A stretch of 63,930 bases of DNA, counting the filler, from Octopus bimaculoides (lineage: Eukaryota), in assembly GCF_001194135.2 (NCBI RefSeq). It is 10 parts of 9 records of this genome, joined end to end, with 100 filler letters (N's around TTAATTAATTAA, not from the genome) between each part and the next. Parts side by side here need not be neighbours in the genome. Positions count along the whole stretch, not along the records: positions 25,187 to 31,231 come from NC_068996.1; positions 31,332 to 33,823 come from NW_026399125.1; positions 33,924 to 41,894 come from NC_068983.1; 7 more parts are not named here. One strand, written 5' to 3'. Each line of letters starts with the position of its first letter. Within the stretch, counting starts at the first letter, position 1. Below, in pieces: positions 25,640 through 38,500 of this stretch. The notes beneath the pieces were generated by a model. That model ran no database searches, was not told the DNA's origin, and saw only the letters and a list, made by a program, of their open reading frames with translations. A program made the position numbers and the translations under genes.

Positions 25640-26360
25640 CTTTGGGAGCTGGTTAATTTTTCTCCATCTGTAGCCCGTAAGGGCTAAATTGGAGTTTGTT
25701 TAGCTTAACACGCTCCTCAATTTTTGCATAAAAAAGAAACGTGGCGGACGAGGGTAGTTCGTCCACTGAAAAGAACAACTTACCTCCCGAACAGAACCAC
25801 TTAACTGTAAAAGTGACAACAATATAGCACGGAAAACACTACCACTTCTAGTAGCAACAACAAACCCACCACCATTATTAACACCACCAACAACATAATT
25901 TAAAAAAAAAAAGAAGGTTAAACGGACCATGCAAATCCTCTGTTAGCACTTTCGCGATGCGGCAAATAAATGAAGTTTTTTTAGAAATAAAAATGTATTT
26001 AAAAAGTGCAAAATGTATGTTAGAGAAATGTGGCCGAACTGTGGCACTGAATGTTCCTAGATTTGTCCAGCAAGAAACTAATTTGCAGACAGTTCTATAC
26101 AAAACACATAATTAGAACCATAAGGTAGAAGGGTAGAACAGGCAACACATCAACAGATAGAAAAATATTTGCAACCAATTTGGAAGAGGAAAAGATATAT
26201 AGCCAGGGGTAAAATATGGTAAATACTGTCGAAGTGAGGTTCACCCCAGAAGAGCGGCCAAAAGTCTCAACAACCACCCAAACGAGTGACGAACTCATCC
26301 TCATCCCCATTTACCCTGGCCGAAGAGTGCTTTGAATAAGAATAAATACTACCAGAAATC
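25640..26360 (+). mobile_element. Probable Penelope-like element, GIY-YIG/3' remnant
   Basis: Frameshifted fragments resemble the C-terminal region of PLE nucleases. Heavily decayed. About 150 bp is duplicated at 26635-26790. Confidence 0.45.
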
Positions 26361-28479
26361 AACACCGGTTGGTTGGTGGCAGCGGTTCTCTTTGAAAGAA
26401 GTAAAAAAAAAAAAACAATATCCCACAGTTACAGGATAGGATGTGCAGTTGTTAATGCAAGCGGATCAACCAAGTGTCAAAGCCAATCTAGACTTCACAA
26501 CCCTAACACATGGCACAAAACTTCACGCGGTTGTTGAGGGAAAAATACCGAGACGTCACTTGTGCAGGGACACAAATCACCTCAAGTCTTTTGCCCACAT
26601 CAAAGGAAACCAATACACACACACAGTGCAAAAAAAAAAAGTGCAAAATGTATGTTAGAGAAATGTGGCCGAATTGTGGCACTGAATGTTCCTAGATTTA
26701 TCCAGCAAGAAACTAATTTGCGGACAGTTCTATGCAAAACGTATAATTGGAACCAAAAGGTAGAAGGGTAAAACAGGCAACACACCAACAAATTTTTTTT
26801 TTTTTTTGACTGAAAAAATTCAAGGCGGTGTCCCAGCATGCCTGCAGTTTAATGACTGAATCAAATAAAACATAAAAGCTAGAAAATGGTTTTGCAAAAT
26901 AGAAAAAGAATAGGTGAAAGTATAGACTCCTGTGGATGACTCTGGGGGAAAATGTATCACTTAACTCCTTATTACCAAGAATCACAAATATTTATTTAAA
27001 ATTAACATACATTTAAATGCATTATCGAATTATTTTAACGATAGAAATTAAATCAAACAAATGTAATACATGCCAATATATTTCGTAATGAACAATGATA
27101 AATTTCACTTATTCAAATATATCCATTTATTTCAGATAAACTACGACAATTAAGGATGTTATCTGGGGTAAAAATGGATGGAAGGGCTTTAAAACTCGAT
27201 CAGTTTGTGGAGTTAAGTTAAAAAACAAAACGAAGAATCCAGGCAGGATAAGCACTTTGCTTGAAAGTTAGATTTTATATCTAATATTGATTTAATAAGG
27301 CGAAATCAGTATCAGTTTCCCCTTGTGTTCTCGAGCACATTGAGATAGCATGATGACGCCATTGCTTTCTGCTGGCTGCAAGTTTCAATATCCGCTCAGG
27401 CTATATTATCCTTTCGCATGTGAATTATGAATGTTCTGCGCCATGTAATTTTCAGTTTTCATATCTTTCTTTTCCCTCAGAAAGATACCAGAAAGATGGC
27501 CAGAGGATATCAAATACGCATGATCTTTGTCTCAATCATAAAAAAATAAAATTTATGTTTGCCATGGAGACAGGCTCTTTCTGGCCGTTTCGCAACAAGC
27601 ATTTTTTTGTTGTTCATAGCAGAGTTGAAATACCGTGAGATTTCTTTAAAAAAAATAGGAAGTTTGGACATTCATCCTGTTTTGAAAAGCATAAGAGTAA
27701 AGGGAGTTAGACTGTTTTACTGGGAAATCGAATCCTGATGGTAGACACATCTGAGTGAAAAAAAATTAGTTCATTGACTCTGCCGATACACATCGAAATT
27801 ATATTTTTTAATATTAAAGATTTTTCCTTCCCACTGATACAGGTGAACTATTTTTAAGAGGAGAGAATACTTTCTAACACCTGCAATAATAGTCGGAAAA
27901 ACAATGCAGGATTAAGTGCACTTATCTACAGTGATGCCAATGTTCCTCTTTCTTCCCTATTCATTCTGTCATCCATTATGAATACTTTCGGAATCCCTTA
28001 GGAAGGGGGTTACTTTCCGGGTTAAAAAGAAGCGGTGTGTATAAAGTTCCCCATTTTCAAGTGGTCTTCTCTTCTCTCATTGCGTTTTGTCATCTTTTAG
28101 GTTTCAATTTTCTTTCCGTGGATATCATTGTAGGGGAAATGAACTGGAAACATGCGTAATTCCTGTAGGCCAGAAACTCAACACATGGGTTGCAGCAAAA
28201 AGAATAACAAGTGTTTTTTGAAGAGGTCTTTTCTTCTGTTAGAGAAGTTTTTTTCAATTTTTGGTATTAATTCGCTTTCTGTAGACATCATCGTGGCTAA
28301 AACTTTACACTGTAATACTTGAAAACATGTAAATCCAATAGGTCAGAGATCCAACAAATAGTCTGTAACTACAAGCATAACAAAACCTTTCGTTGTGTGA
28401 AAAGAAGAACACAAATTACCCACTGCATTTTCCTTGTAAGCGGTTAATTCACTGAATATAAGTGCAAAACTGAGCTGAT

Positions 28480-29035
28480 TCTTTACTGCCCACAAGGGGC
28501 GCACATAGACAGGACTATACAAGACATGTGAGATATATAACAATGAAAAAAAAATGATAATATGTATGACAATGAAAAATGGAAAAAAAAATGGAAATTG
28601 AACCACTCGCCCCACTTACTAGCAGCCCCATTTGCTACTTTTTAAAACCTGAACCCTCTAGCATATCAAATCCCGTTTCTTCCAATAACCTGCCATAAGT
28701 CTTGTAACCGTGCTCACTAGTATATATTATCTCTTCTTGTTCCCTTGTTGGGAGCACACACCTGTGCCATTCCTCAATGTTACCGAATACAGTAGTTCCT
28801 ACTTCCTTTACTTCGACCCATGAAAAAACTCATCTATCAATTCGTTATTGGATCCGTATAGCATGACAGCTTTACATTTCTTTTTTTTTGACTTGTGGGA
28901 GGGAGTTTAAAATTCCTTGCGAGTGTTAGCTTTCTTTTTTTGTTTTTGTGTCGGATGGGAATGGGTAGGCTTGGTGTCTGCTAGGGGAGGGTGGGTCTGA
29001 GAGAAGACATCTGTCGATGATGAAATCACTTCAGT
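28480..29035 (-). mobile_element. Second ORF1-end plus 3'UTR Tx1-like fragment
   Basis: Pro/Thr-rich segment similar to 43735-43800. YGRLLEETGFDML resembles YLERLKKFNIDIL. The 3' end reads CCCCTTGTGGGCAGTAAAGAA. Confidence 0.55.
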
Positions 29036-29330
29036 GGTAGTTAATGTATCATTTCTCGTATCTTCCGATGATGGTTCAATTTGAAATGGGGCAAAGTTTT
29101 TGTACAAGAGTCACGTATTTTTTGTCCAGGAATTAGGCTTGCTTTAGGATATTTTGTTGCAAAATCCGCTGTTATTGTTCTTAAACCCTTTTTCACAGGT
29201 GCTTTATACTTTTTAAACGGGTCACAACACTTTTCTTGTTCAGTTAAAAATATTTTATATCCATCTGTAATTAGGCTGTATAACATGAACCATAGTTAAT
29301 AGAAGGCCTTGCAATTATAGTTCCTACTGA
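29036..29330 (-). mobile_element. Fragment of a DNA-transposon-like protein N-terminus
   Basis: KCCDPFKK...VKKGLRTIT...LIPGQKIRDSC resembles the Cys-rich N-termini of invertebrate transposases. Superfamily not determined. Confidence 0.45.
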
Positions 29331-29710
29331 GATTCCAATATGAATTTTTGTATGTGTGTTGTTACTAAGTAGGGCAATATTTGCACAAAATTTCGAAAAA
29401 ATCGATGACCAGTCAAAGGTCAAATTTTAACTTTTATTGTAAGGAAAAAATACACCAAACAAAAGTTATTGAGCTATTTAAATGCTTTAGAATAAAAAAA
29501 AAATAGAGATTTCTAGCTCAAATAGTAGCTGAGATATAGTTTCTCAAAGTTATTGAGTATCTGAAAAATGTCACTTTTTTGAAAATATCAAATGGTCGTA
29601 ACTCAGCAAATATTAGATAGAGTCAGGTAAAAACTATGAAGGTCATTTAGCATGCACAGTTTGTAAGAAATCGGTTTCGGTCACCTTCGTTGACTTCGCA
29701 TGGAACCACC

Positions 29711-29820
29711 CTACTACTGCTGCTACTACTACTGCTGCTGCTGCTGCTATTACTACTACTACTACTAGTATTGCCACTGCTACTGCAGCTGCTGCGGCTA
29801 CTACTACTACTACTACTTGC
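29711..29820. repeat. (CTA/CTG)n mixed trinucleotide repeat
   Basis: Directly visible. Confidence 0.9.
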
Positions 29821-31076
29821 TGCCTCTCCCATCATCTGTCACAGTAGCGAGAAAGCGGGGCGAGATGGGGTGGGGTTGCACCGGCATGTCAAAACAGTAA
29901 ATTAGCTGCAGTAAACAGTGGAAAACATAAAAAAATTTGCGAGCAAATTAAATATTTAAAAGCTACGAGCAAACCAACGGGAGTTGCTAGAATTAACAGT
30001 CAAGACATTACTTAAAATAGACATGTATTAGTTAAAAAAAACTCAAGAACGAAAGTTTACAATACATTCTGGGATTTTATAAAATAAATTATCTTTCTCA
30101 AATCTCCTTCTTCACATAAATTCACCAAGATGAGAGTCAAGCATGGGACGCTGTGTCCCACACCGGCATTTGTTTCCATGCTTTAAAGATGCCCAGGTAC
30201 TCTCAGTTTGTTGATTACACTCAATTTGGTGGTTACACTCCTTGTGCGCATGCGCAGCATCTATGGAAACAAAGTTCTTCGCAATCAGCTATGGAACACG
30301 TGGTGCTTCTTTACTTATTATGCTAACAGAACTTCACAGTGATGTGTAAAACACTCGCTTCTAATTGGCAAAAATACCCAAATTTTTCAAATTTTAAAGG
30401 CTAATAACTTTTTAATTATGAATTTATAGGAAAAATGAATTTCATTTTGATAATTAGCATGCAAAACTTAATCCATATACCAAATTTTGAAAATAATTGG
30501 AACAAAATTGTAGACAATGTCCACAAAGATGAACTATTCAAACATCTCCGTTTTACTTAGCTTGGTGTTCCCTGTTTTTATTCCGATACAATACTTCGCT
30601 CTCCTCTTTTGCTTCAACCTTTCCTACAAACAGCGTTAACCTGTTGTCTTTCTATACTAGATCAATTATACAGTTTACTTAAATATTTGAAAAGAAAAAA
30701 AAAAAAGATTATCATTTGCAGAAGGTGTCGACTTTCACTAAACCATACGAAAATAGGGATTACAGATATTTAATAAATCGTGCTACACTGATTAAGATAT
30801 TAAGATTGAAAGTTACGATTAGAAGTGAAAAACGTAGCCAGATGTTTGTCACTGAGATATTTCAGAATGCATCAACAAACAGCCGATAGTTAAACCGGAA
30901 ATGCTCGTAACTATTACGAAGATTATATTACAAATTAAATGCATGTGCTCACAGCTTATAAGGATGGGTCGACGTAACATGAAATCGCATGAAGACATGC
31001 TCACAGCTATCATATAAATCGTCACAAGCAACTATATGATTCAGCGAGATTCAAAACGCTGAGGACGACGACGACA

Positions 31077-31077
<1 letters not shown>

Positions 31078-31107
<30 letters not shown>

Positions 31108-31150
31108 CTTCTTCTTCTTCTTCTTCTTCTTCTTCTTCTTCTTCTTCTTC
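31078..31150. repeat. (CTT)n microsatellite
   Basis: Pure CTT run. Confidence 0.95.
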
Positions 31151-31659
31151 GTTCTCCTCCTCTTCTTTTCCTTTCTTCCTCATCCACCACTCTTTCACCT
31201 CCTCTTCTCCAATTCTTCCGCTTCCTCTCCANNNNNNNNNNNNNNNNNNNNNNNNNNNNNNNNNNNNNNNNNNNNTTAATTAATTAANNNNNNNNNNNNN
31301 NNNNNNNNNNNNNNNNNNNNNNNNNNNNNNNGGCCACAGTCAAAAGACTGAAACAAGTAAAAGAGTAAAAAAAAAAGAGTAATATGTCTATGCATGCTGA
31401 TGATGTCTACCACTACAACTAGTAAACAGAAACGATCGTAAATGTACTATTACTACCACTTTTCTTTATTAATTCATTAAATTAATGGCTTACTAGCGCA
31501 AACGGCCAACTTTTTATATATATAGTATTACATCTGAATATATATAGTATTACATCTGAATTTTCTGAATTTTCAGATTTTTATACGCTAGGCCACTGGT
31601 TTCAAATTGATGTTAATTAAATTAATATTTAATTCATCACCCTCAGTATATATGTACTA

Positions 31660-31701
<42 letters not shown>

Positions 31702-31711
31702 NNNNNNNNNN

Positions 31712-31752
<41 letters not shown>

Positions 31753-33575
31753 CTGTGTGAGCTAGAGGTTGGGAAACCAACCAACCAACTAAGGGATAGT
31801 ATCTATCCAATACACTGCTGATAGTGTGCCCAATTAATCACACTCTAGAGCTGGTTATTGCGGGGCAATCTCGCAATTGAGTGTTATATATGGGCGGGAG
31901 TAAAAAGTGAAAGTATACATTATTCGACTTGTGTTGATTAATACATAGATAGATAAATAGATAGATGAAGCTGTCTATATTTCTAAATCATCAGCTATAT
32001 ATAGGTATGCGCGCGCACGTGCACACAGTCACACACACATATGTAATGCGACTTAAAGTTATATCACATGATATGTATCCAATGTGTAGATTAAGAGAAT
32101 AGTGCGAAGAGAAACCATATTACATTTCGTTTTCCCTTCGCTAGTCTCTGTACTTAGAAACATCCTAGAATACATATAGGAAATGCAGGGGAGTTCCTTC
32201 ATAAATTTTTAAGTTACGTCTTCCTGCAAGTAATTTATAGCAATAATATCGCTTATGTAATAGGAAAACTCTTATAAGCAGATTATATTATGAAATCATC
32301 AAAGACGGCGCAACACTCATAATTAACTTTCATGATCTATAAAGGGTCTTTGATTGTGTTATAATATTAACAGCTATAACTAATGATCATTACACTGTCG
32401 GAAGTCCATTATAGTTTCTAGAAGCTGTTTATGTTTGTTATGCAATCTTTGAAGATTTGTCAATATAACTTGCTCGTGAATGTGTGCATATATAATACAT
32501 ATCATTGTTAATGAAATACGTCTAATGTGACGCAACTAGATAATTTATCAACATATACATATATATACAGACAAATATATATGTATATATATATATATAT
32601 ATATATNNNNNNNNNNNNNNNNNNNNNNNNNNNNNNNNNNNNNNNNNNNNNNNNNNNNNNNNNNNNNNNNNNNNNNNNNNNNNNNNNNNNNNNNNNNNNN
32701 NNNNNNNNNNNNNNNNNNNNNNNNNNNNNNNNNNNNNNNNNNNNNNNNNNNNNNNNNNNNNNNNNNNNNNNNNNNNNNNNNNNNNNNNNNNNNNNNNNNN
32801 NNNNNNNNNNNNNNNNNNNNNNNNNNNNNNNNNNNNNNNNNNNNNNNNNNNNNNNNNNNNNNNNNNNNNNNNNNNNNNNNNNNNNNNNNNNNNNNNNNNN
32901 NNNNNNNNNNNNNNNNNNNNNNNNNNNNNNNNNNNNNNNNNNNNNNNNNNNNNNNNNNNNNNNNNNNNNNNNNNNNNNNNNNNNNNNNNNNNNNNNNNNN
33001 NNNNNNNNNNNNNNNNNNNNNNNNNNNNNNNNNNNNNNNNNNNNNNNNNNNNNNNNNNNNNNNNNNNNNNNNNNNNNNNNNNNNNNNNNNNNNNNNNNNN
33101 NNNNNNNNNNNNNNNNNNNNNNNNNNNNNNNNNNNNNNNNNNNNNNNNNNNNNNNNNNNNNNNNNNNNNNNNNNNNNNNNNNNNNNNNNNNNNNNNNNNN
33201 NNNNNNNNNNNNNNNNNNNNNNNNNNNNNNNNNNNNNNNNNNNNNNNNNNNNNNNNNNNNNNNNNNNNNNNNNNNNNNNNNNNNNNNNNNNNNNNNNNNN
33301 NNNNNNNNNNNNNNNNNNNNNNNNNNNNNNNNNNNNNNNNNNNNNNNNNNNNNNNNNNNNNNNNNNNNNNNNNNNNNNNNNNNNNNNNNNNNNNNNNNNN
33401 NNNNNNNNNNNNNNNNNNNNNNNNNNNNNNNNNNNNNNNNNNNNNNNNNNNNNNNNNNNNNNNNNNNNNNNNNNNNNNNNNNNNNNNNNNNNNNNNNNNN
33501 NNNNTATATATATATATAGATATAGATATAGAATTTGGGTTTCTAATTTGCAATTTTACAACCTAAAGGCAGAAG

Positions 33576-33744
33576 TATATACGTTACTAAAGTGACAACG
33601 GGTCCTAACCACCACCAGTATTGCTAGAAATAAGACTTAAAACAACTCATCAGCAGCAGTGGCTATTGAGTTGTTGTTTCGACTCTTATTTCTAGCAATA
33701 CTGGTGCTGATTAGTGCCTTTGTCACTCTAGTGACGTACATATA
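33576..33744. mobile_element. Foldback MITE
   Basis: Arms of about 75 bp (TATACGTTACTAAAGTGACAA...CCAGTATTGCTAGAAATAAGA...AACAACTC) with imperfect reverse complement and TA-rich flanks. Confidence 0.75.
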
Positions 33745-33792
33745 GATAGACAGACGTACGTATAGCTAGACAGACAGATCGATAGATAGATC

Positions 33793-33823
<31 letters not shown>

Positions 33824-33923
33824 NNNNNNNNNNNNNNNNNNNNNNNNNNNNNNNNNNNNNNNNNNNNTTAATTAATTAANNNNNNNNNNNNNNNNNNNNN
33901 NNNNNNNNNNNNNNNNNNNNNNN

Positions 33924-34120
33924 GAGAGAGTAGAGCTTCAAGGCTTTAAGGCGGTCCCAGTAATCGAGATCAGTCATGCCTTCAATTCGTTTAGTGAGTG
34001 CCGTCTGGGGTGATTCAGTCCTGAAGATGTTTTGTTTTGTATCGGGAGACCACAAGGGGCAGCAGTATTCGCGGTATAGCCGTACAAAGGAGGAGAAAAG
34101 TGGAATGTGGCCGTACAAAG
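33924..34120 (-). mobile_element. CR1/L2-group LINE fragment
   Basis: EYCCPLWSP...TKRIEGMTDLDYWDRLKALKLYSL. Confidence 0.85.
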
Positions 34121-34125
34121 GAATA

Positions 34126-34539
34126 TTCTTTTACTTGTTTCAGTCATTTGACTGCAGCCATGCTGGAGCACCACTTGAAGGATTTTAGTCGGACAATTCA
34201 ACCTCAGGACTTATTAATTTTAAGCCTAGTACTTATTCCACGGGTCTCTTTTGCCGAACCGCTAAGTTACGGTGACGTAAGTACATCAAAACCGGTTGTC
34301 AAGCGGTGATGGGGGGACAAACACAGACTCAAAGGCACACACACACAAATATATACATACACACACATATATATATATACACGACGAGCTTCTTTCAGTT
34401 TCCGTCAACCAGATCCACTCACAAGGTTTTGGTCGGTCCGAGGCTATAGGAGAAGACACTTGCCCAAGGTGCCAAGCAGTGGGACTGAACCCGGAACCAT
34501 GTGGTTAAGGAGCAAGCTTCTTACCACACAGCCATGCCT
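34126..34539 (-). mobile_element. SINE family 1, full length
   Basis: Reverse complement of the complete head, microsatellite and body. It abuts a CR1 fragment. Confidence 0.9.
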
Positions 34540-34551
34540 GATACACACACA

Positions 34552-34588
<37 letters not shown>

Positions 34589-34719
34589 TCATCCTCGTCT
34601 ACGGTAAATCAGTTGAAGTGGAAGGAAGGCAGCTGGTGTTTGTGGCATCTATAGGGAGATAATCAAGAAAGGTGGGCCTGCTGAAGTCTTGTTCTTGTGG
34701 CAGATCTGCTCAATTTGGA

Positions 34720-35880
34720 GTAGTGGCATCATAGCACCTGCCTGGAAGAAAGGCATAACTATCCCTCTCTTGAATGGTAAAGGCGAGCGCCAAGACTCAT
34801 CCCCGTGTCCGGCAAGGGTTTTGCCAGTGTTATTCTAAACACCGTGCGAAATGATTTGCTTGCCTCTTAGCGGCCGGAGCAGTCAGAATTTAAAGTAAAT
34901 AAGTTAACTACAGACAGGATTCTGGTTCCACGAATATGCATCAAACGGAGGCGAAGTTTGCAGTAGGAGCTATTTGCAGCTTATGCCAACCTCCATAAGG
35001 TGTTTGACTCAATGGACAAGGATGTGCTCTGGACGATTCTGGAGGTGCGAAGTATCTTTTCCTGATTGATTGGGCTGATACTTGAACAGTGAGCTGATAC
35101 ATGTATACTGGAACAGTGAGCACAGGTCGGATTGGAGACTCAACATCTGAGTTTTTCCCACTGAGATCTGAAGTCCGTCAGGGTTATGTCTTGATCCCAA
35201 CTCAGTTCGATGCCTGCATGGGTTGGCTACTTGGCCGAATTGTGGCTAGATCGAGTTGTGAAGCACTCGTTGGTGAAACTAGGATTACAAACCTAGATTT
35301 TGCTGATGGCGCAGTTATTTTTGCTGAGTCTATGGATGTTTTAAGGAGTGTTCTTTCACTAAGTGAGGAAGCGGAACTACTTGGCCTCAGAGTCTCTTAA
35401 GTCGAGACAAAGATCCAGTCTTTCCTGTTGTGGGCGAGAATGTGGAATTTGTTGGCCGCTTCACTTATCTCGGCAATGAGATTTATAGTGGCATTAGCTG
35501 CAAGCTCGAAATTTTAAAAAGACTTGAACCAGCTGGTACAGTTGTGGACTCACTGGACAAAGGTGTTTAGTGCTGTCGATATTTGCACAGGAGTACAAAG
35601 GTTCGGGTCTTCAGACTTTTGGTCCTCTCTGTCTTTCTCTGTAGTTGCAAGATTTGGACACTGTCCAGGGCCCTTAGCAACCACCTGTACTCCTTTGGTA
35701 CCAGGATACTTCGCAGGATTATGGGTTACCGTTGGCCGGAATTTGTATCCAGTCAACAACCCTACTCAGAAAGTGGGATCAGTTATCTGTATGATTTTCC
35801 GAGTTGGACCCTGCATATTGTGTTCTTTTCTTTTAGAATCTGAATGAGATGGCGGCCTCGTATTATTCGACCACATGCTA
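34720..35880 (+). mobile_element. RTE-group LINE RT remnant
   Basis: SEVRQGYVLIPTQF...NLDFADG; LYSFGTRILRRIMGYRW. An internally deleted related fragment lies at 35917-36035. Confidence 0.85.
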
Positions 35881-36129
35881 CATGGTCACGACTGATGAGG
35901 AAGTATTGGGCTGATAGTGACCTTGTATACTGGAAGAGTGAGCGCAGTTCGGATTGGGGGCTCAGCAGTTGACTTTTTTTCCCCAGTGCTCATTGGTGAA
36001 ACTAAGATTACTGACCTAAATTTTGCTGATGATGCGGTACTAACTGAGACGCTGTTCGGAGGTTTGCTCGGGACGACCCGAGCAAATACCGACAAATGAT
36101 TGATGTAGCGACAGTGAAGCCCTTGGAGC

Positions 36130-37160
36130 TCCAAGATGCAACCGAAAATGCAGATTATGCTACGTTTATGTGGAAGATATCACACGCGATTATCAGCTGC
36201 CCCCAAAATCTCATCAAGGTACTACTTACCTATGTGACAAGACGTTGTTAAAACAAAATATAAAGCCGAAAAAAAGGGAAAAAAACCGCCCTAGGATAAA
36301 TATGGAGATCCCCTGTTTTTGAATACATACACAAATATCAACACAAGCAATATTGGTGGAACTTTCTCGTATAAACTTCTAGCAAGTGCAAACATAACAG
36401 GCTTAGGACAGACATAAAAAGTTTATTCATTCAGAGGTCAGTTGCTCTAATGATGTAGATATCTGATCGAAAATCAAAGAGAAAAAAAGTATAATTATGG
36501 ACAAATGCTTCAAAATTTCCAGCTTCTTTTAGAAGATTATAAAGTCACATTTATAACAGCAATCACTGGTGCACTTAGCCCCATGAGTAAATGCCTGAGT
36601 GACAATCTGGAAAAGTTGGAGTTTTCACAAAAGAAATCAACTTGTTAACATGCACATTACAAACACAATCTATAAAGGGAGCAGCACAAATATGCATAAC
36701 TTTTCTCAAATTTAAGATGTGAATTTGTTTTTGTTTTCTAGCGAACTTTGTATCTTTGTTAGAAACCAGCTCCTTCTATACAGGAAAATTTCAAATAATT
36801 AAAAGTAGGAGAGGATATACATGCATACACATATAAAAGATTCTTTATGGACAACAATTGCGAAAGCTTCAACTGTTCTGCACTGATTATAAATTTACAT
36901 TCTTACAAACGATCATTGGCACACTTGGTTATGTTAGCAAATGTCTAAATCACGATCTGGAGAAGCTAAGACTTTCAAGCAAAGAAAGAGACCAGGTAAC
37001 ACGATCTTCACAGTTACAATCAGTAAGAGGAGTATTAAAGATATGCAACACATTCGATATTTATCAATTGTCATTGCTGTTATCCAGACTCGAACGATGA
37101 AGCTTTTGTTTGTTAGAAACTAGCTCCTTTCTTCCAAGGAGAACACTAATAAATAAAAGG
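36130..37160 (+). mobile_element. Two tandem 3' ends of R4/Dong-like (restriction-like endonuclease) LINEs
   Basis: Zinc-finger remnant CRLC..VEDI near 36150. Two similar C-termini: ITGALSPMSKCLSDNLEKL...QICITFLKF and IIGTLGYVSKCLNHDLEKL...KICNTF. Confidence 0.7.
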
Positions 37161-37199
37161 AAAAAGACATACACACATAGTAAAGAGAGTAAAGAGAAT

Positions 37200-38500
37200 A
37201 TGATCATCAGAACTCTCAGCTTACAAAAAGCATATGACCCACAACACCTTTGCAGTGTCTGTCCTCTACGTTTGAGCTTCTGAACTGGTCACTACGAAAA
37301 CTCAATGAGATAGATGTTCGAACTGGCAAGCTGTTTAATGTTACAGGAAACTTCAACATCAATGGGAATGTAGACAAGCTATACATCCAGCTCGGGGTTG
37401 GTGGCCGTGGTTTCAAATCTGTTTTGATATCATATGAATAACGTATTGTGACACTGAAACAATATCGGCAGCAAAGGAAAGAGGCCAGGTACTATCTTGC
37501 CCGTTTTTTTTTCTTTACCATGAAATAAACATAAATAGGATGGCTAATGAACTTGAGGAGAAATAAGAAGTGAACTAGATCTCTCCCCAAGGGACATTGG
37601 TAAAATATATTTATCAAAAGAGCAAAATATGCAAAAAAAATGGACCAATTCACTAAGAAGATAGCATATGGGTACTTGGCACGAAAAACACAAATTATAG
37701 AAAGAATTGATCATGTCAAAAGTTTGGCATGTCAAAAGCATGATAAGTTTATGACATTCCACTTCGAAGGCTGCTTGCATGCAATTCAAGAACAAGAGAT
37801 CGCTACCAAGTACCTACTGCATAAAAGGCTGAAAACACTTTGACAGACAACAAATGCAGGCTTCTAGACATCAATGTGGTTAGAAAAATACAAGAGAAAG
37901 AGCATATCTTACGCATCATAGATAAGAAGTTTTCAAATCTAGTACCCAAGATAGGCATTCAGTTTCATACCTATTAATATTGGAGCAACAGGATACGTAC
38001 CAACCAGTCTGGAGCAAAGTATGGCTGAACTTGGGTTCTTGGGGAGAGAACGTAACTACTTAATTCATGCATTATAAATGATTACGATATCTGGGACTAT
38101 GTAAATCTGAAACACCTTGACATTTAAAAGATGATGAACAAAAGAAGATACTTTCCTTCACAACCTTGATGCTAAATAGATAGCCTGTCAAAATTTATTC
38201 TAAATTAAGAAGATAAACAGAGAACGTACGTGTAGCCTTCCTATGATACATGACATTGTCACCAAGGTGGCCCACAATGCAGTGCGCAGGAAGGCTTGTC
38301 CTGATTACCATACCAAAAGGACACCAGCACCAGAAAGTATCCACGTCTTTAAAAATAAAGAATACTGGTGGGACATTTCAATAAAAACAGCAACCCGGTA
38401 TAAATACAACAGGCCTGATATGGTTCTGTAGGATGGAGAGAAAAAAGTCATGCATCGTTGTAATGACCATCAAAAACTGGGGAAAAGGAGAACGTTTACA
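37200..38500 (+). mobile_element. R4/Dong-like LINE remnant
   Basis: NWSLRKLNEIDVRTGKL...VDKLYIQLGVGGRG; HDIVTKVAH...YWWDISIKT...YNRPDMVL (PD of the REL nuclease). Confidence 0.8.

Noticed and set aside
27300-28440. Coding-like minus-strand stretch (SGLQELRMFPVHFPYN; FIMDDRMNREEEEHWHHCR)
   Set aside because: Multiple stops and no family I can recognise; probably a decayed element but not supportable as a call.
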